DNA of 64,000 bases, taken from Balanoglossus misakiensis (taxonomy: Eukaryota > Animalia > Hemichordata). The notes below the pieces were generated by a model. The model worked only from the letters and a program-made list of their open reading frames with translations. It was not told the DNA's origin and did not search any database. Every line of letters begins with the position of its first letter. Positions within the stretch are counted from its first letter, which is position 1. Made by a program: the position numbers and the translations under genes. Where the stretch lies: positions 1,842,831 through 1,906,830 of the forward strand of contig CM082578.2 of assembly GCA_040954595.2 (NCBI GenBank), read 5' to 3'. This document shows positions 37,801-49,905 of this stretch, piece by piece.

Positions 37801-40800
37801 CTTGTGTCTGCTAAATATTTGTTCAAAAGTGGCAAAAACACATACATGTAAATATCACCAAAATTGTTCAAAATCTTAACTTCAATCACCACAAGGAACA
37901 TGCCTGCCAAAATGCGAAACAATCGAAGCTATCTGACAAGCGGTCTCAGAGGGAAAAAATGACAAAAAAATTATTATCAAAATTATAAATATGCAATTTT
38001 TGCAACAATCTGAACAAAACCATGGTTACTCAGACAACCTATAAGAAGCTTCATACTAAATTTCAAAGAAGTAGGCCGATCACTTTCAGAAATGAAGATT
38101 TTTTACCAATAATGTTGAAAAATACAAACAAATGCATCAAAAATAGAAAATCAATATTAGCTCAAAACATACAGGACTGTATGAGGTAGACATAAGATAC
38201 TTGCATACCAATTTCCAAATCAATCTGACCAGCAGTTGTTGACTTTTGCGAGTTTTGACCAATTTCACATTTTTCCAGCTAATTTGCATATTTTTGGTAA
38301 TGACAACTTCATGTTAACAAACTCCAATCTACAGCCCAGCCTGCATCTGCACACCAAATATCGAGGTGATACGCACAACGGTTTTCAAGTTTTTGATGTG
38401 GACGGACATACAGACATACATCCATACAAACAGACAGACATACTGTAAAACACTTTATTTTCGCGAGCAATTAATTTTCGCCAAATACGCGAGAGCCAAA
38501 ATAACGTTAAAATACAAAGTCGCGTAAATGTTTTTGAAGATAACGATGCAGTGAATTAAATAAGAGAACGCGAAAATTAATACTCGCGAAACAGTGGCCT
38601 CTCTCGATATCGCGAAAAATTTAACTCGTGAAAATACAGTACATCCATACATAAATACAGACGCAACTGATTCCATAAGGCCCATGGTACATACCAAATG
38701 GGACCTAAAAACTGCAGAAGCTACACAAAACATTAATACTGAAAACATGGCAAACAGTTGTTGCTAACAGGGTTTTAAATCTCCCTCATAGATATTTTTG
38801 AACTCCCAATTTATGATTATTGACTGTTTGATTGATTAGTTGTTGCACAAATGATAGTATTATCAAAGTAAATAATATCTGTGAGAAATTTCTTTTCATA
38901 TTTATTTGAATATGGATAGGGTAAGATGGGGGTTAAACAAAACTACATTTGTTCAAAAGTAGCAAAAACACAAATATGCTAAAATCACTATAATTGTACA
39001 CCATCTTACTTCAATCACTACAAGGAACATTCCTGCCAAAGTTCAAAGCAATCTGACAAGCGCTTCCAGACACAGCGAATTTGATAAACATCTACAAATA
39101 TATTTTTATTTTTTAAACAAATCTTTTACAACACCTTACTTGGGTTACCCCCCTAGGAATCTGCATTCTGAGCAAAAATTACAAAATTGCTCAAAATTAT
39201 AAATATACCAATTTCACAACAATTTGCAATTTGAACAAAAGCTATCGCTTTCAGAAATGAAGATTTTTTTTACCAATAATGCAGTAAAAGACAAAACAAT
39301 AAAAATAGAAAATTCATAATATTAGCTCAAAACAAAACATACAGGACTGTATGGCGTTTATTGACATTTATAAGAATATGGACAGGGTATGATAGGGGGG
39401 GGGGAATTATAAATTCCAAGGGGGTCATCAATTTTTTGTCATAACTTTTTGGGGCCATAGAAACAATAACCTAAAAAGTAGGAAACCCTACGTCCCCCCA
39501 AGCTTTCATTCTGGCCAACAACTTTTTATGAAGGCTTCTGCAATTGTTAAAAACAGATTGCCTGCTATGTTAGACTATCAATCTATAGAGGGGATGAAAA
39601 ATCTCCTTTTGTCAAGTGTCTGGATTTTGATAACTTCAACGGGTAAAAATATATTTGTAGATGTTTATCAAATTCACTATGTCTGAAACAGTATGCTTGC
39701 AAATGTATTAATATAGTCAGATAACATGAATAGTGAAGATAGCAAAACAAACAGGTTTATGCTTATAGCCATAACTTCTATTAGTGATGTACATGTTGTA
39801 CGTAGCAAATAATTGTTATGATCAACTTGGTTTTTATTGCACAAGATCTTTTTATTGCATCCATGTTTCGTTTCATTCTGGATAATAGTCTGTCTAAATA
39901 AGTTAACAGGCTTGATGAGGGTTATTTTAAACAGTGTTCTCAAAAAACCTGCAATGTCATGCCCTATATTTTTGAAGTTGAGGAGAGGTTGTATTCCTAG
40001 CAGGATGTTGAAATCATTGGAGGACAAACCTTGCCAGTACCAAAAGTTGCTGGGTGTTATAAATGTTTGAGTAACCCCCCCCCCCCCCTTCCCCAATAAC
40101 ACAATATATAATATCACATTTTTACAACATCTTACTCAGTTTACCCCTAGGAATATGCCTACCAAATCAATCTGACATGCAGGTTTAAAGAAAAAAAATG
40201 ACCAAAAATGGCAAAAATTGCTCAAAATTTAAATATGCAAATGTTTCAACAATTTGAACAAAACTTTGGTTACTCAGACAACCATTAGAAGCTTCATACT
40301 AAAATTCAAAGAATGAGGCCTATAACTTTTAGAAATGATGATTTCTTTACCAATAATGTGGAAAAATACAAAAAATGCATAAAAGATTTTTGGCATAAAA
40401 AATTAAAAATCGATAATATTAGCTCAAAACATACAGGACTGTTTGAGGTAGACATAAGGTACATGCATACTGATTTTCAAATCAATGTGACCAGTGGTTG
40501 TTGAGTTTGAGTTTTGACCAATTTCACATTTTCCTAGCTAATTTGCATATTTCTGGCAATGACAGCTTCATTTGAACAAACTCCAATCTCCAGCCTGGCC
40601 TGCATCTACACACCAAATATCGAGGTCATATGCTTAGCGGTTTTCAAGTTTGTGATGTAGACGGACATACAGACATACATACATACATCCACCGATATCA
40701 TAAGGTCCCATGGTAAAGCAAATGGGTCCTTACAAAACTATGGTAACTCAGATCACCTATGAAGCTTTATACTAAATTTCAAATAAGTCAGCTGATAAAT

Positions 40801-41225
40801 TCCAGAAAAGCAGATTTTCTACCGATAATGTGGAAAGAGACAAAAATACAAATGGAAAATTCACATTATTAGCTCACAACATATAGAATTGTGTGAGGTT
40901 AACATAACTTACAGGAATACCAATTTTCAATTTTGAAAGCAATTTGCTCAGTAGTTGTTGAGTTCCCGAGTTTTGACGAATTTGACACTTTCCCAGCTAA
41001 TTTGCATATTTTGGCAATGAACACTTCATTTTGACAACTCCCACCTACTGCCCTGCCTGCATCTCCACACTAAATATCAAGGTCACATGCCAGTGGTTTC
41101 CAAGTGTTTGATATTGATAGACATACAGACAAACATCCGTACAGACATCCATATATACAGGTGCAACTGATCCCATAAGGTCCCATGGTATAAATACATA
41201 TACCTGCACCAAATGGGACCTAATA
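34825..41225 (+). mobile_element. Cluster of same-orientation copies and fragments of a Helentron/HINE-like non-autonomous repeat
   Basis: Recurrent motifs GAAGCTTCATACTAAATTTCAAAG and GAGTTTTGACCAATTTCAC. (GACA/CATA)n microsatellites precede a terminal palindrome AGG(T)CCCAT...ATGGG(A/T)CCT at ~38680-38706, 40703-40730 and 41178-41221. The family name is inferred from architecture. Confidence 0.6.
38443..38639. mobile_element. Tc1/mariner-type MITE nested in the microsatellite of a HINE-like copy
   Basis: TA|CTGTAAAAC...AAAATACAG|TA with TA duplication and internal inverted TTTTCGCG motifs. Confidence 0.7.
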
Positions 41226-44200
41226 ATTCCGATAAAATGCCTACATAGTAAGTGTAAAAACCACTTGTACCGTCAACGTCCTTGGACAACAATGGCTAAT
41301 ATTACTTGCCAAGGGCGACTAGAATTTTGGGGGCCTGATGCAATTCTGATACATGTACTTCATGATTTAGAGATATGGTGAAAATCCTGTCAACCGAATT
41401 ACTGGGAAATCAGATTTTCCATGTAAAATCATATCACCCCAAAATGTCAAGTGTCGAAAATAATTTTGAAACAAAAAGTCTACTCAAAATCATACCAAAA
41501 TTTAAATTTTAAAGCAGTACGTTAGGCAAGCAATTTGAGAATGAAGAAACTTACAAAAAATTTATAAATTGAAAATAATTTACAAATGCCGCACACAAAC
41601 TTACAATCACTACCATATTACTGTACAAGTTAAAAGGACATTGTACCAGCAGAGACATTGCGATCGAGCAATCCCCAAGATATACATGACATGGTCTAAT
41701 TACAAATATTGAATATGTAAAATAAGTACACAACACTTCCAGTCTTTCAGTACAGTCAGCTGCTTGTTAACAATAGGCATGTAGCTATTTCATCAAATTT
41801 ACAGCCCAAGTCATGCCTATACAATTCTCCCTTAAGCTACCCTAAGTGAGTGATGAAAATCTCATATGGTCGACAATTGATGGCCGATTTTTGCCATGTT
41901 AAAGAAATGGGAGTTCATAAGGCTGCATTCACAAACACCTCTGGAGGGGGGGGGGCAGGAGAATTGCGGGGGGGATTTGAAAAAATTGAGGGTATGTAAG
42001 GGGGGATTTGAAATAATTTAGGGACTGAAAGGGGGGACTTGAAAACTTTGACGACTAAATATTTATTTTGAGTCCACAAAAATGCAGTTTCGCGCCCTTT
42101 ATTTTACACCCCCTCCCACACCCACCCCCTCCATTCATCAACACCTTTCAATCATTGACTGGTTCAAACATTGTCTAGTGTCCCAGGTCAGGGGACTTGC
42201 CCCCACCCCATGATAACTTTGAGCGGCGACGGTTAAATTTGTCCTCCCCAACATACCGGTATTTGAGTTAATTTGCTTTTGCCGGGTTCATTAAAATGCA
42301 GCTTTGAGCTCTGTATTTTATAAAATTTTCTTACGTGGGAGGGGGACACCCCTTCCCACACCCACCCCCTTCAATTCTCGGTTTACAATGTCTCCCAACA
42401 CAGAATACAAATACTTAAAAAGTAAAAACAATGTTCAGTTTTAATGAGGGGAAACATCAGTTTCAAAGTCTTTTCATGGGAGCGATGTTTTTCTTTTTTA
42501 CAAGATAGATAGGTGATGTGTTTTGCTCTGTGAAAGAAAATGGGGGGGGGGTTTCAAAATTTTGGCAGTTCAGAAGGGGGGATTTGAAAATATTTCGGGT
42601 TGTGTACGGGGGGCATGTGAAAATTAGCGGTAAAAAAAAATGGAATTCTCCCCCCCCCCTCCAGAGGTGTTTGTGAATGGAGCCTAAGCTAAAGTGATAA
42701 TGGGTCATTCTTGAACTTTTTAACAGACAAAATAACAAAATGTGAAAAAAGTTTAATGAACTTAATATGCTAACTACAGAGACAGACATGTTTGACCAAA
42801 GCATGAAATACAAAAAAATGTATCATTTCTTCTATCTCTTACTACAGTTGGTTGTGGACTTTTCGCCCAGAATGCAATGTGATTTGACCCCCTAGCGCAA
42901 AGTGAAAACCTATTTAAGGCAGCCAGAATTGTCTGCATAATATGACGGAAACATTTGTAAAGTCATGGCTAGCGTGGGCTGGTAAGTATATGCGACTCTC
43001 CATGATAACCAGTTGTGACTTGCCACCACCATAATTTTGAAAGGGCGACTTCACTATTTGATGGGAAAAGGTAGCCTTTACAAACAAGCTATGGAGCATG
43101 TATACAGCAAGTTGTGCTTACCGGAAAGCGGTCTTGGATCAGGCCTAGGTATTCTCTTCCTCCTCCGGCATACGTTGAAATGCTGTGTTTAAGACTGTGA
43201 ATCAAATATATGCATATTAATTAGTAACCAATCAACCTTGCTTTAGAATTATCTGGGCCATACTAATTGGTGAAAATATGCAAAACATGGTATAATGTAG
43301 GGTCAGACTGTGCTGCGATAATGTACAACAGTGGAATACGAATCAGAGAAATCTGTAACAGCGATCTTGAAACTCCATTTACATCAGTACTGCAGTAAAG
43401 TGGTCCACATGGGTATACCACAAACATGGCAGTTAGGTGACAAGTGAAACTGACATCATATCTGTAAACGACAGGTGTACACACACTTTGACATCTACGT
43501 AACACTGTACAGGGATTTCTTTATGTTTGTTGTGAAAATGAAACTTACATTTGATCCACCTCACTTTTCATACAACTGATTAGCATAAGAATGTACATTG
43601 TTGGCAATTATAAAACATTTATTTTAGTATAGAAAAGTAAGCCTTAAAATTTAAACTTTGAATATCAGTATACTAAAATGTTTCAAACGTAGCTGTCAGT
43701 ATATCTCATGGCATGGTGGCAGAAGTAGATGTTGCTACCAGGGAAGCCGATTGAACATAGACAAGCCCAATAGTCGCTTGGTGATTTTTTATCTTTATAA
43801 AGATTCTCAAAACTTTTTGTGCATTTGGTAGCTTTGGGCAAGTTTCTGGTCCTGATCAGAGTTTTCGAATTCAGAACTGCGCTTCTCTGGCTTTGGTTAC
43901 CATGGGCCAATCTGCACACATTTTTGAAAAAGAATCCAGCCTGTTTGTGTCATGATTTATATTATTCTTTCTGGCCTAAAGTATTGTTTTATGTCACTCT
44001 AAACAACATTACTTTCCTTCATGTGTCTAATATAATAACAGATCTCTTAGCCAGTTTGATTAAGCATAGTGTTGGACTAGCACAATTTCAGCCAAAAATA
44101 CGGTCTCTCCTCGTGTATTGGTATGGGAGTAATTTCTAGCTATATGGTTAAGGAAATGCATCCAAATTTAATTTATGCATGCTTCACATGAAGATTTGAA

Positions 44201-44498
44201 CTTGACCATTTAATTCATGTCATCACGATCATATCACAGGCAATCGAGGCCAGAATTCGAAGGGGAAAAAAAGTATTGATAACTGGAATGTGTAAATTAG
44301 TTCGTAGACATACATTGCTTCCTATTGTCTCGGTTGCAACGCCCGATAAAAGCAAATATATAGCAAGTCATGCTTACCATTGAGCGGTCTTAAACTCGCC
44401 CCGGACGAGGAAGAGAATCCAGAGTTGAAATGAGACAATCTCAGGCAGCATCTATGAATCAAATAGACATAGAAGTTAGTAACCAGTCATAGTAGCTC
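40735..44498. repeat. Segmental duplication 2, copy A
   Basis: Colinear with ~45715-49292 (for example the shared YWYGSNF-ending ORFs at 43819 and 48738), with indels. Confidence 0.9.
41921..42684. mobile_element. PIF/Harbinger-type MITE with TAA TSD
   Basis: TAA|GGCTGCATTCACAAACACCTCTGG ... CCAGAGGTGTTTGTGAATGGAGCC|TAA, with G/C-run subterminal repeats. Confidence 0.85.
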
Positions 44499-44829
44499 TA
44501 AGTTGGGTGTACCAACTCTCCTTGTTAACAGTAACTTTCAAAGAAACTGAACAATTGGTTAAGAAGATTTTCTATCCAAAACAGAGATAGAAAAATGTAT
44601 TTTTGACCAAACATTGTCTGTACAAACACATATGACAAGCAACTTATTTCAGTCAGCCCTGCTCACTGACCCACCACTGTTAATTCAAAATAGAATAACT
44701 GGTAGTCTCTGTAACAGCTGGCATATTAAAGTTATGTAAACATGTCTAAGTTGGGTGTACCAACTCTCCTTGTTAACAGCAACTTTCAAAGAAACTGAAC
44801 GATTGGTTAAGAAGATTTGCAATCCAAAA

Positions 44830-46035
44830 ACAAAGAAATTTACAACAAACTATTTTGACAACCAGAATTTAATCAAAGTTGCACGTACATATACATGTGT
44901 TATGAAATTGTTAACTAACTTCCAAAGCAATCATAACAAAATTGGTTACCCCTAGGAATATTCCTACCATATTTCAAAGCCATCAAAAAAGTTCAAAGCA
45001 ATCTGACAACGGCTTGAACGGTTTAAGAGAAAACAGTTTTTGGCAGAGATTGCCAAAAATATGCTCAATGACACAAGCACGCAGTTTTAACAATTTTTAC
45101 GACATCTTACTTGGGTTACCCCTGGGAATCTGCCTACCAAATTGCAAAGCATTCTGACCAAAATTGGCAAAAATGCTCAAAATTATAAATATGCCTATTT
45201 TACAACAAATTGAACAAAAACTATGGAAACTCGGACCACCTATATGAAGCTTCATACTAAATTTTGAAGGAGTCGGACTATCGCTTTCAGAAGTGAAGAT
45301 TTTTTTTACCAATAATGTGGAAAAAGACAAAAAAATTAATAAACATTAGAAAATTCATAATATTAGCTCAAAACATACAGGACTGTGTGGGGTTCATTGA
45401 CATACCGGTTTTCAGATCAATCTGACCAGTGGTTGTTGAGTTTCTGACTTTTGACCAATTTCACATTTTCACAGGTAATACTTTTGGCAATGACAACTTC
45501 ATTTGAACAAAATCCCACCTACAGCCCCGACTGCATCTACACACTAAATATGGAAGTGATACGTGCAGCAGTTTTCATCCGTTCATTCATACATACAGAT
45601 GCATGTCATTCCTTAAGGTCCCAATCGTATATATATATACACACAAACCAAATGCCATAGGACCTAAAAATTGCTCCAAAATTAAAATACACAAATTTTG
45701 CAACACTTTAATCAAAACTATGGTAACTCAGATCACCTGTGAAGCTTCATACTAAATTTCAAACAAGTCAGCTGATCACTTCCAGAAAAGTATTTTTTTT
45801 ACCGATAATGTGCAGACAAAAAATGCATAAAAATTGGAAATTCACATAAGCTGACAACATATAGGGCTGTGTGGGGTTACCATAAGTTACATGCATATCA
45901 ATTTTGAATTTGAAAGCAATTTACCCAGTAGTTTTTGAGTTCCTGAGTTTTGACAAATTTGACACTTTCCCAGCTCATTTGCATATTTTGGCAATGACAA
46001 CTTCATTTAGACAAACTCCCACCTACTGCCCTGTG
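44830..46035 (+). mobile_element. Further HINE-like repeat copies
   Basis: Same motifs as 34825-41225, with terminal AGGTCCCA...TAGGACCT at ~45616-45665. Confidence 0.55.
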
Positions 46036-46697
46036 TAAAAACCACTTGTACCTTCAACGTGCTTGGACAACACATTTTTGTAACTTTCCGACATCAATGG
46101 CTAATATTACATGGCAAGGGTGACTAGAATTTTGTTTGGGGGTGCCGATGCAATTCTGATACATGTACTTCATGATTTAGAGGTATGGTGAAAATCCTGT
46201 CAACCGAATTACATCATTTTACCAAAAAATTTCAAAAGTGTAGAAAATAATTTTGAAACAGAAAGCCTACTCAAAATCATACCAAAATTTAAAGTTTAAT
46301 GCAGTTGGGCAAGCAATTTGAGAATGAAGAAACTTACAAATAATTTATAAATTGTAAATAATTTACAAATGCCGCACACACTTACAATTACTACCATATT
46401 ACATGATAAAAGGACATTGTACCAGCAGAGACATTGCGATCGAGCAATCCCCAAGATATACATCACATGGTCTAATTACAAATATTGAATATGTAAAATA
46501 AGTACACATAACTTCCAGTCCTTCAGTACAGTCAGCTGCTTGTGAACAATAGGCATGTAGCAATTAAATCAAATTTATAGCCCAAGTCATGCCTATACAA
46601 TTCTCCCTACTTTAAATACGTTTTAAGCTACCCTAAATGAGTGATGAAAAACTCATACGGTCGACAATTTCAAGATGGCCGATTTTTGCCATGTTAA

Positions 46698-47335
46698 GGC
46701 TGCATTCACAAACACCTCTGGAGGGGGGGACGGGAGAATTCAATTTTTTTTACCGTTAATTTTCACATGCCCCCCTCAACAACCTGAAATATTTTCAAAT
46801 CCCCCCTTCCGAACTGCTAAAATTTTCAAATCTCCCCCCCCCCCACCCATTTTCTTTCACAGAGCAAAACACATCACCTATCTATCTTGTAAAAAAAGAA
46901 AAACAGCGCTCCCATGAAAAGAATTTGAAACTGATGTACCCCCTCACTGAACATTGTTTTTATTTTTAAGTATTTGTATTCTGTGTTGGGAGACATTGTA
47001 AACCGAGAATTGAAGGGGGTGGGAGGGGGTGAGCAAATTAACTCAACTACCGGTATGTTGGGGAGGACAAATTTAACCGTCGCCGCTCAAAGTTATCATG
47101 GGGTGGGGGCAAATCCCCTGACCTGGAACACTAGACAAACCAGTCAATGATTGAAAGGTGCTGATGAATGGAGGGGGTGGGTGTGGGAGGGGGTGTCCCC
47201 TCCCACATTAGAAAATTTTGTAAAATAAATGGCGCGAAACTGCATTTTTGTGGACTCAAAATAAATATTTAGTCGTCAAAGTTTTCAAGTCCCCCCCTTT
47301 CAGTCCCTAAATTATTTCAAATCCCCCCTTACATA
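46698..47335. mobile_element. Same PIF/Harbinger MITE with its interior inverted relative to copy A; right end deleted
   Basis: TAA|GGCTGCATTCACAAACACCTCTGG is followed by the reverse complement of ~42650 back to ~41992. Confidence 0.85.
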
Positions 47336-47348
47336 TGAAATACAAAAT

Positions 47349-48012
47349 ATGAGAGTTCAAAGAATTCCTTCGGTTAAACTTAATGACATCACTTTGAAGT
47401 TTGTACCTGTACACACCTATCTGGGCCATGTAATATCTTGTGATGGTTGTGATAATGAAGATATTGAACGACAGAGAAGAGCATTTTGCGTTAGAGCAAA
47501 CATGCTATTGAGACATTTTCAACATTGTAGTCAAGATGTGAAGAAAGTTTTATTTTTGGCATATTGTAGTAATATTTACTGCTGCAGTTTGTGGGCATCC
47601 TTTAAAGTTAAACCGATGAAAAAATTTAAAACTATGTACAATAATGTTTGGAGAAGACTTCTCGGTCTTCCGCCATTTTGCAGTGCATCGGTTATGTTTG
47701 CTACAAACCATGTATTGTCACTTGGTGAAGTTTTTAGACGCAATATGTACAGTTTTAAGCGTAGACTCGAAAATTCTTCTAATGTTTTACTTGATGCGAT
47801 CTGTTCATCAGATAGAGCGACTGACAGCATATTTTTCAAACATTGGCGAAAGCAATTGTATATCATGTAATTTTGCAGAGTTTTTTTTTTGTGTGTGTGT
47901 GTCTCAGTTTCAGATTTTCCAGAGTATTTTCATTAGTGTTTTTTTTTTCTTTTTTTCTTCTCTCTTTTGGGTATATGGTCTTTTTTTTAAAGTCTGAAAT
48001 AAAGTATTATTA
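47349..48012 (+). mobile_element. 5'-truncated non-LTR retrotransposon (RTE-X-like) 3' end
   Basis: 173-aa ORF with the post-RT region YLGHVIS...DIERQRRAFCVRANMLLRHF..CS.DVK..LF.AYC, a T-rich 3' UTR, AATAAA and a (TAT)n tail. Absent from copy A at ~42815. Confidence 0.8.
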
Positions 48013-49453
48013 TATCATTTCTTCAATCTCTTACTACAGTTGGTTGTGGACTTTCCGCCCAGAATGCAATGAGATTTGACCCCCTACCACAAAGTGGAAA
48101 CCTATTTAAGGCAGCCAGAATTTTCTGCATAGTATGACGGAAACATTTGTAAAGTCATGGCTAGCATGGGTTGGCAGGTTTATGGGACCCGCTCAGGTTC
48201 CCTCGAATAACACATAATGCATGATTGGTGACTGATTATTCTTTATTTGTTGATTTTGTCACATTTTCAGATAAATCCCTATCAATCAGTCATTGTTTGG
48301 CCTTGCTATACAGCGCAATATGAATCTTGTTGACTGAAATTGTTGAGGATAGTGGTACATAAAGGTTACCAAGTGGAAAATATTCAAATGATTATTAGTG
48401 GTGTCCAACTCACCATGATAACCAGTTGTGGCTTGCCACCACCATAATTTTAAAAGGGTGACTTCACTATTTGATGGGAAAAGGTAGCATTTACAAACAA
48501 GCTATGGAGCATGTATACAGCAAGTTGTGCTTACCGGAAAGCGGTCTTGGATCAGGCCTAGGTATTCTCTTCCTCCTCCGGCATACGTTGAAATGCTGTG
48601 TTTAAGACTGTGAATCGAATATATGCATATTAATTAATAACCAATCAACCTTGCTTTAGAATTATGTGGGCCATACTAATTAGTGAAAATATGCAAAACA
48701 TGGTGTAATGTAGGGTCAGAAAAAATATCCAGCCTGTTTGTGTCATGATTTACATTTTTCTTTCTGGCCTAAAGTATTGTTTTATTTCACTCTAAACAAC
48801 ATTACTTTCCTTAATGTGTCTAATATAATAACAGATCTCTTAGCCAGTTTGATTAAGCATAGTGTTGGACTAGCACACTTTCAGCCAAAATTACGGTCTC
48901 TCCTCGTGTATTGGTATGGGAGTAATTTCTAGCTATATGGTTAAGGAAATGCATCCAAATTTAATTTATGCATGCTTCACATGAAGATTTGAACTTGACC
49001 ATTTAATTCATGTCATCACGATCATATCACAGGCAATCGAGGCCAGAATTCGAAGGGAAAAAAAAGTATTGATAACTGGAATGTGTAAATTAGTTCGTAG
49101 ACATACATTGCTTCCTATTGTTTCGGTTGCAACGCCCGATAAAAGCAAATATACAGCAAGTCATGCTTACCATTGAGCGGTCTTAAACTCGCCCCGGACG
49201 AGGAAGAGAATCCCGAGTTGAAATGCAGACAATTTCAGGCAGCATCTGTGAATCAAAAAGACATAGAAGTTAATAACCAGTCATAGAAGCTCTGCGTGGC
49301 AGGGCTGCGTGTTAACGGCTATGTCATAGCTCACACTGGTAGCTTATAACAGTCTCAATGGTGCCAAAAATCTCCCCAACAACAAAACTAATTCTGGTCA
49401 GTTTATTCGCTATCGCTTTGCCTTAAAAGTTAGGGCCTATACTGTAGTGTGTT

Positions 49454-49905
49454 ACCACAGGGGGCTCTCCCTCCGCGATTTTATTGTTTGTTTGTTGTTG
49501 TTGATTGGCATAATAAACAAATACATATTTCTTTATTAATAAATATGGTTTGTTGACATGTAAGTGTTAGGGTATATTCGACAGGTTAAGGTATATTCAA
49601 CGGTTAGGATTAGTGTTGGCATTTTTTTCGATTCTTGGCCCCGGGCATCACTAAGCCACAAAGAGAGGGTGATACCGACCGTGGATAGAAAAAATGCCAA
49701 CATTAATCCTAACCGTTGAATATACCATAACCTGTCGAATATACCCTAATAACCTAACCCTTACATGTCAACAAACCATATTTATTAATAAAGAAATATT
49801 TATTTGTTTATTATGCCAATCAACAACAACAACAACAACAACAACAGACAAACAAACAAACAAACAAACAAACAATAAAATCGTGGAGGGAGAGCCCCTT
49901 GTGGT
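49454..49905. mobile_element. Foldback element / MITE with ~175-215-bp inverted arms and a ~60-bp spacer
   Basis: ACCACAGGGGGCTCTCCCTCC...GTTGGCATTTTT is inverted to AAAAATGCCAAC...GGAGGGAGAGCCCCTTGTGGT. Confidence 0.88.

Larger units (their letters stand above)
45715..49292. repeat. Segmental duplication 2, copy B
   Basis: Matches 40735-44498. It lacks ~43310-43930, and has an extra LINE fragment (47349-48012) and ~230 bp at ~48180-48410. Confidence 0.9.

Noticed and set aside
39677-40117. 146-aa minus-strand ORF
   Set aside because: No motif was recognised. It lies among repeat fragments and may be decayed TE sequence.
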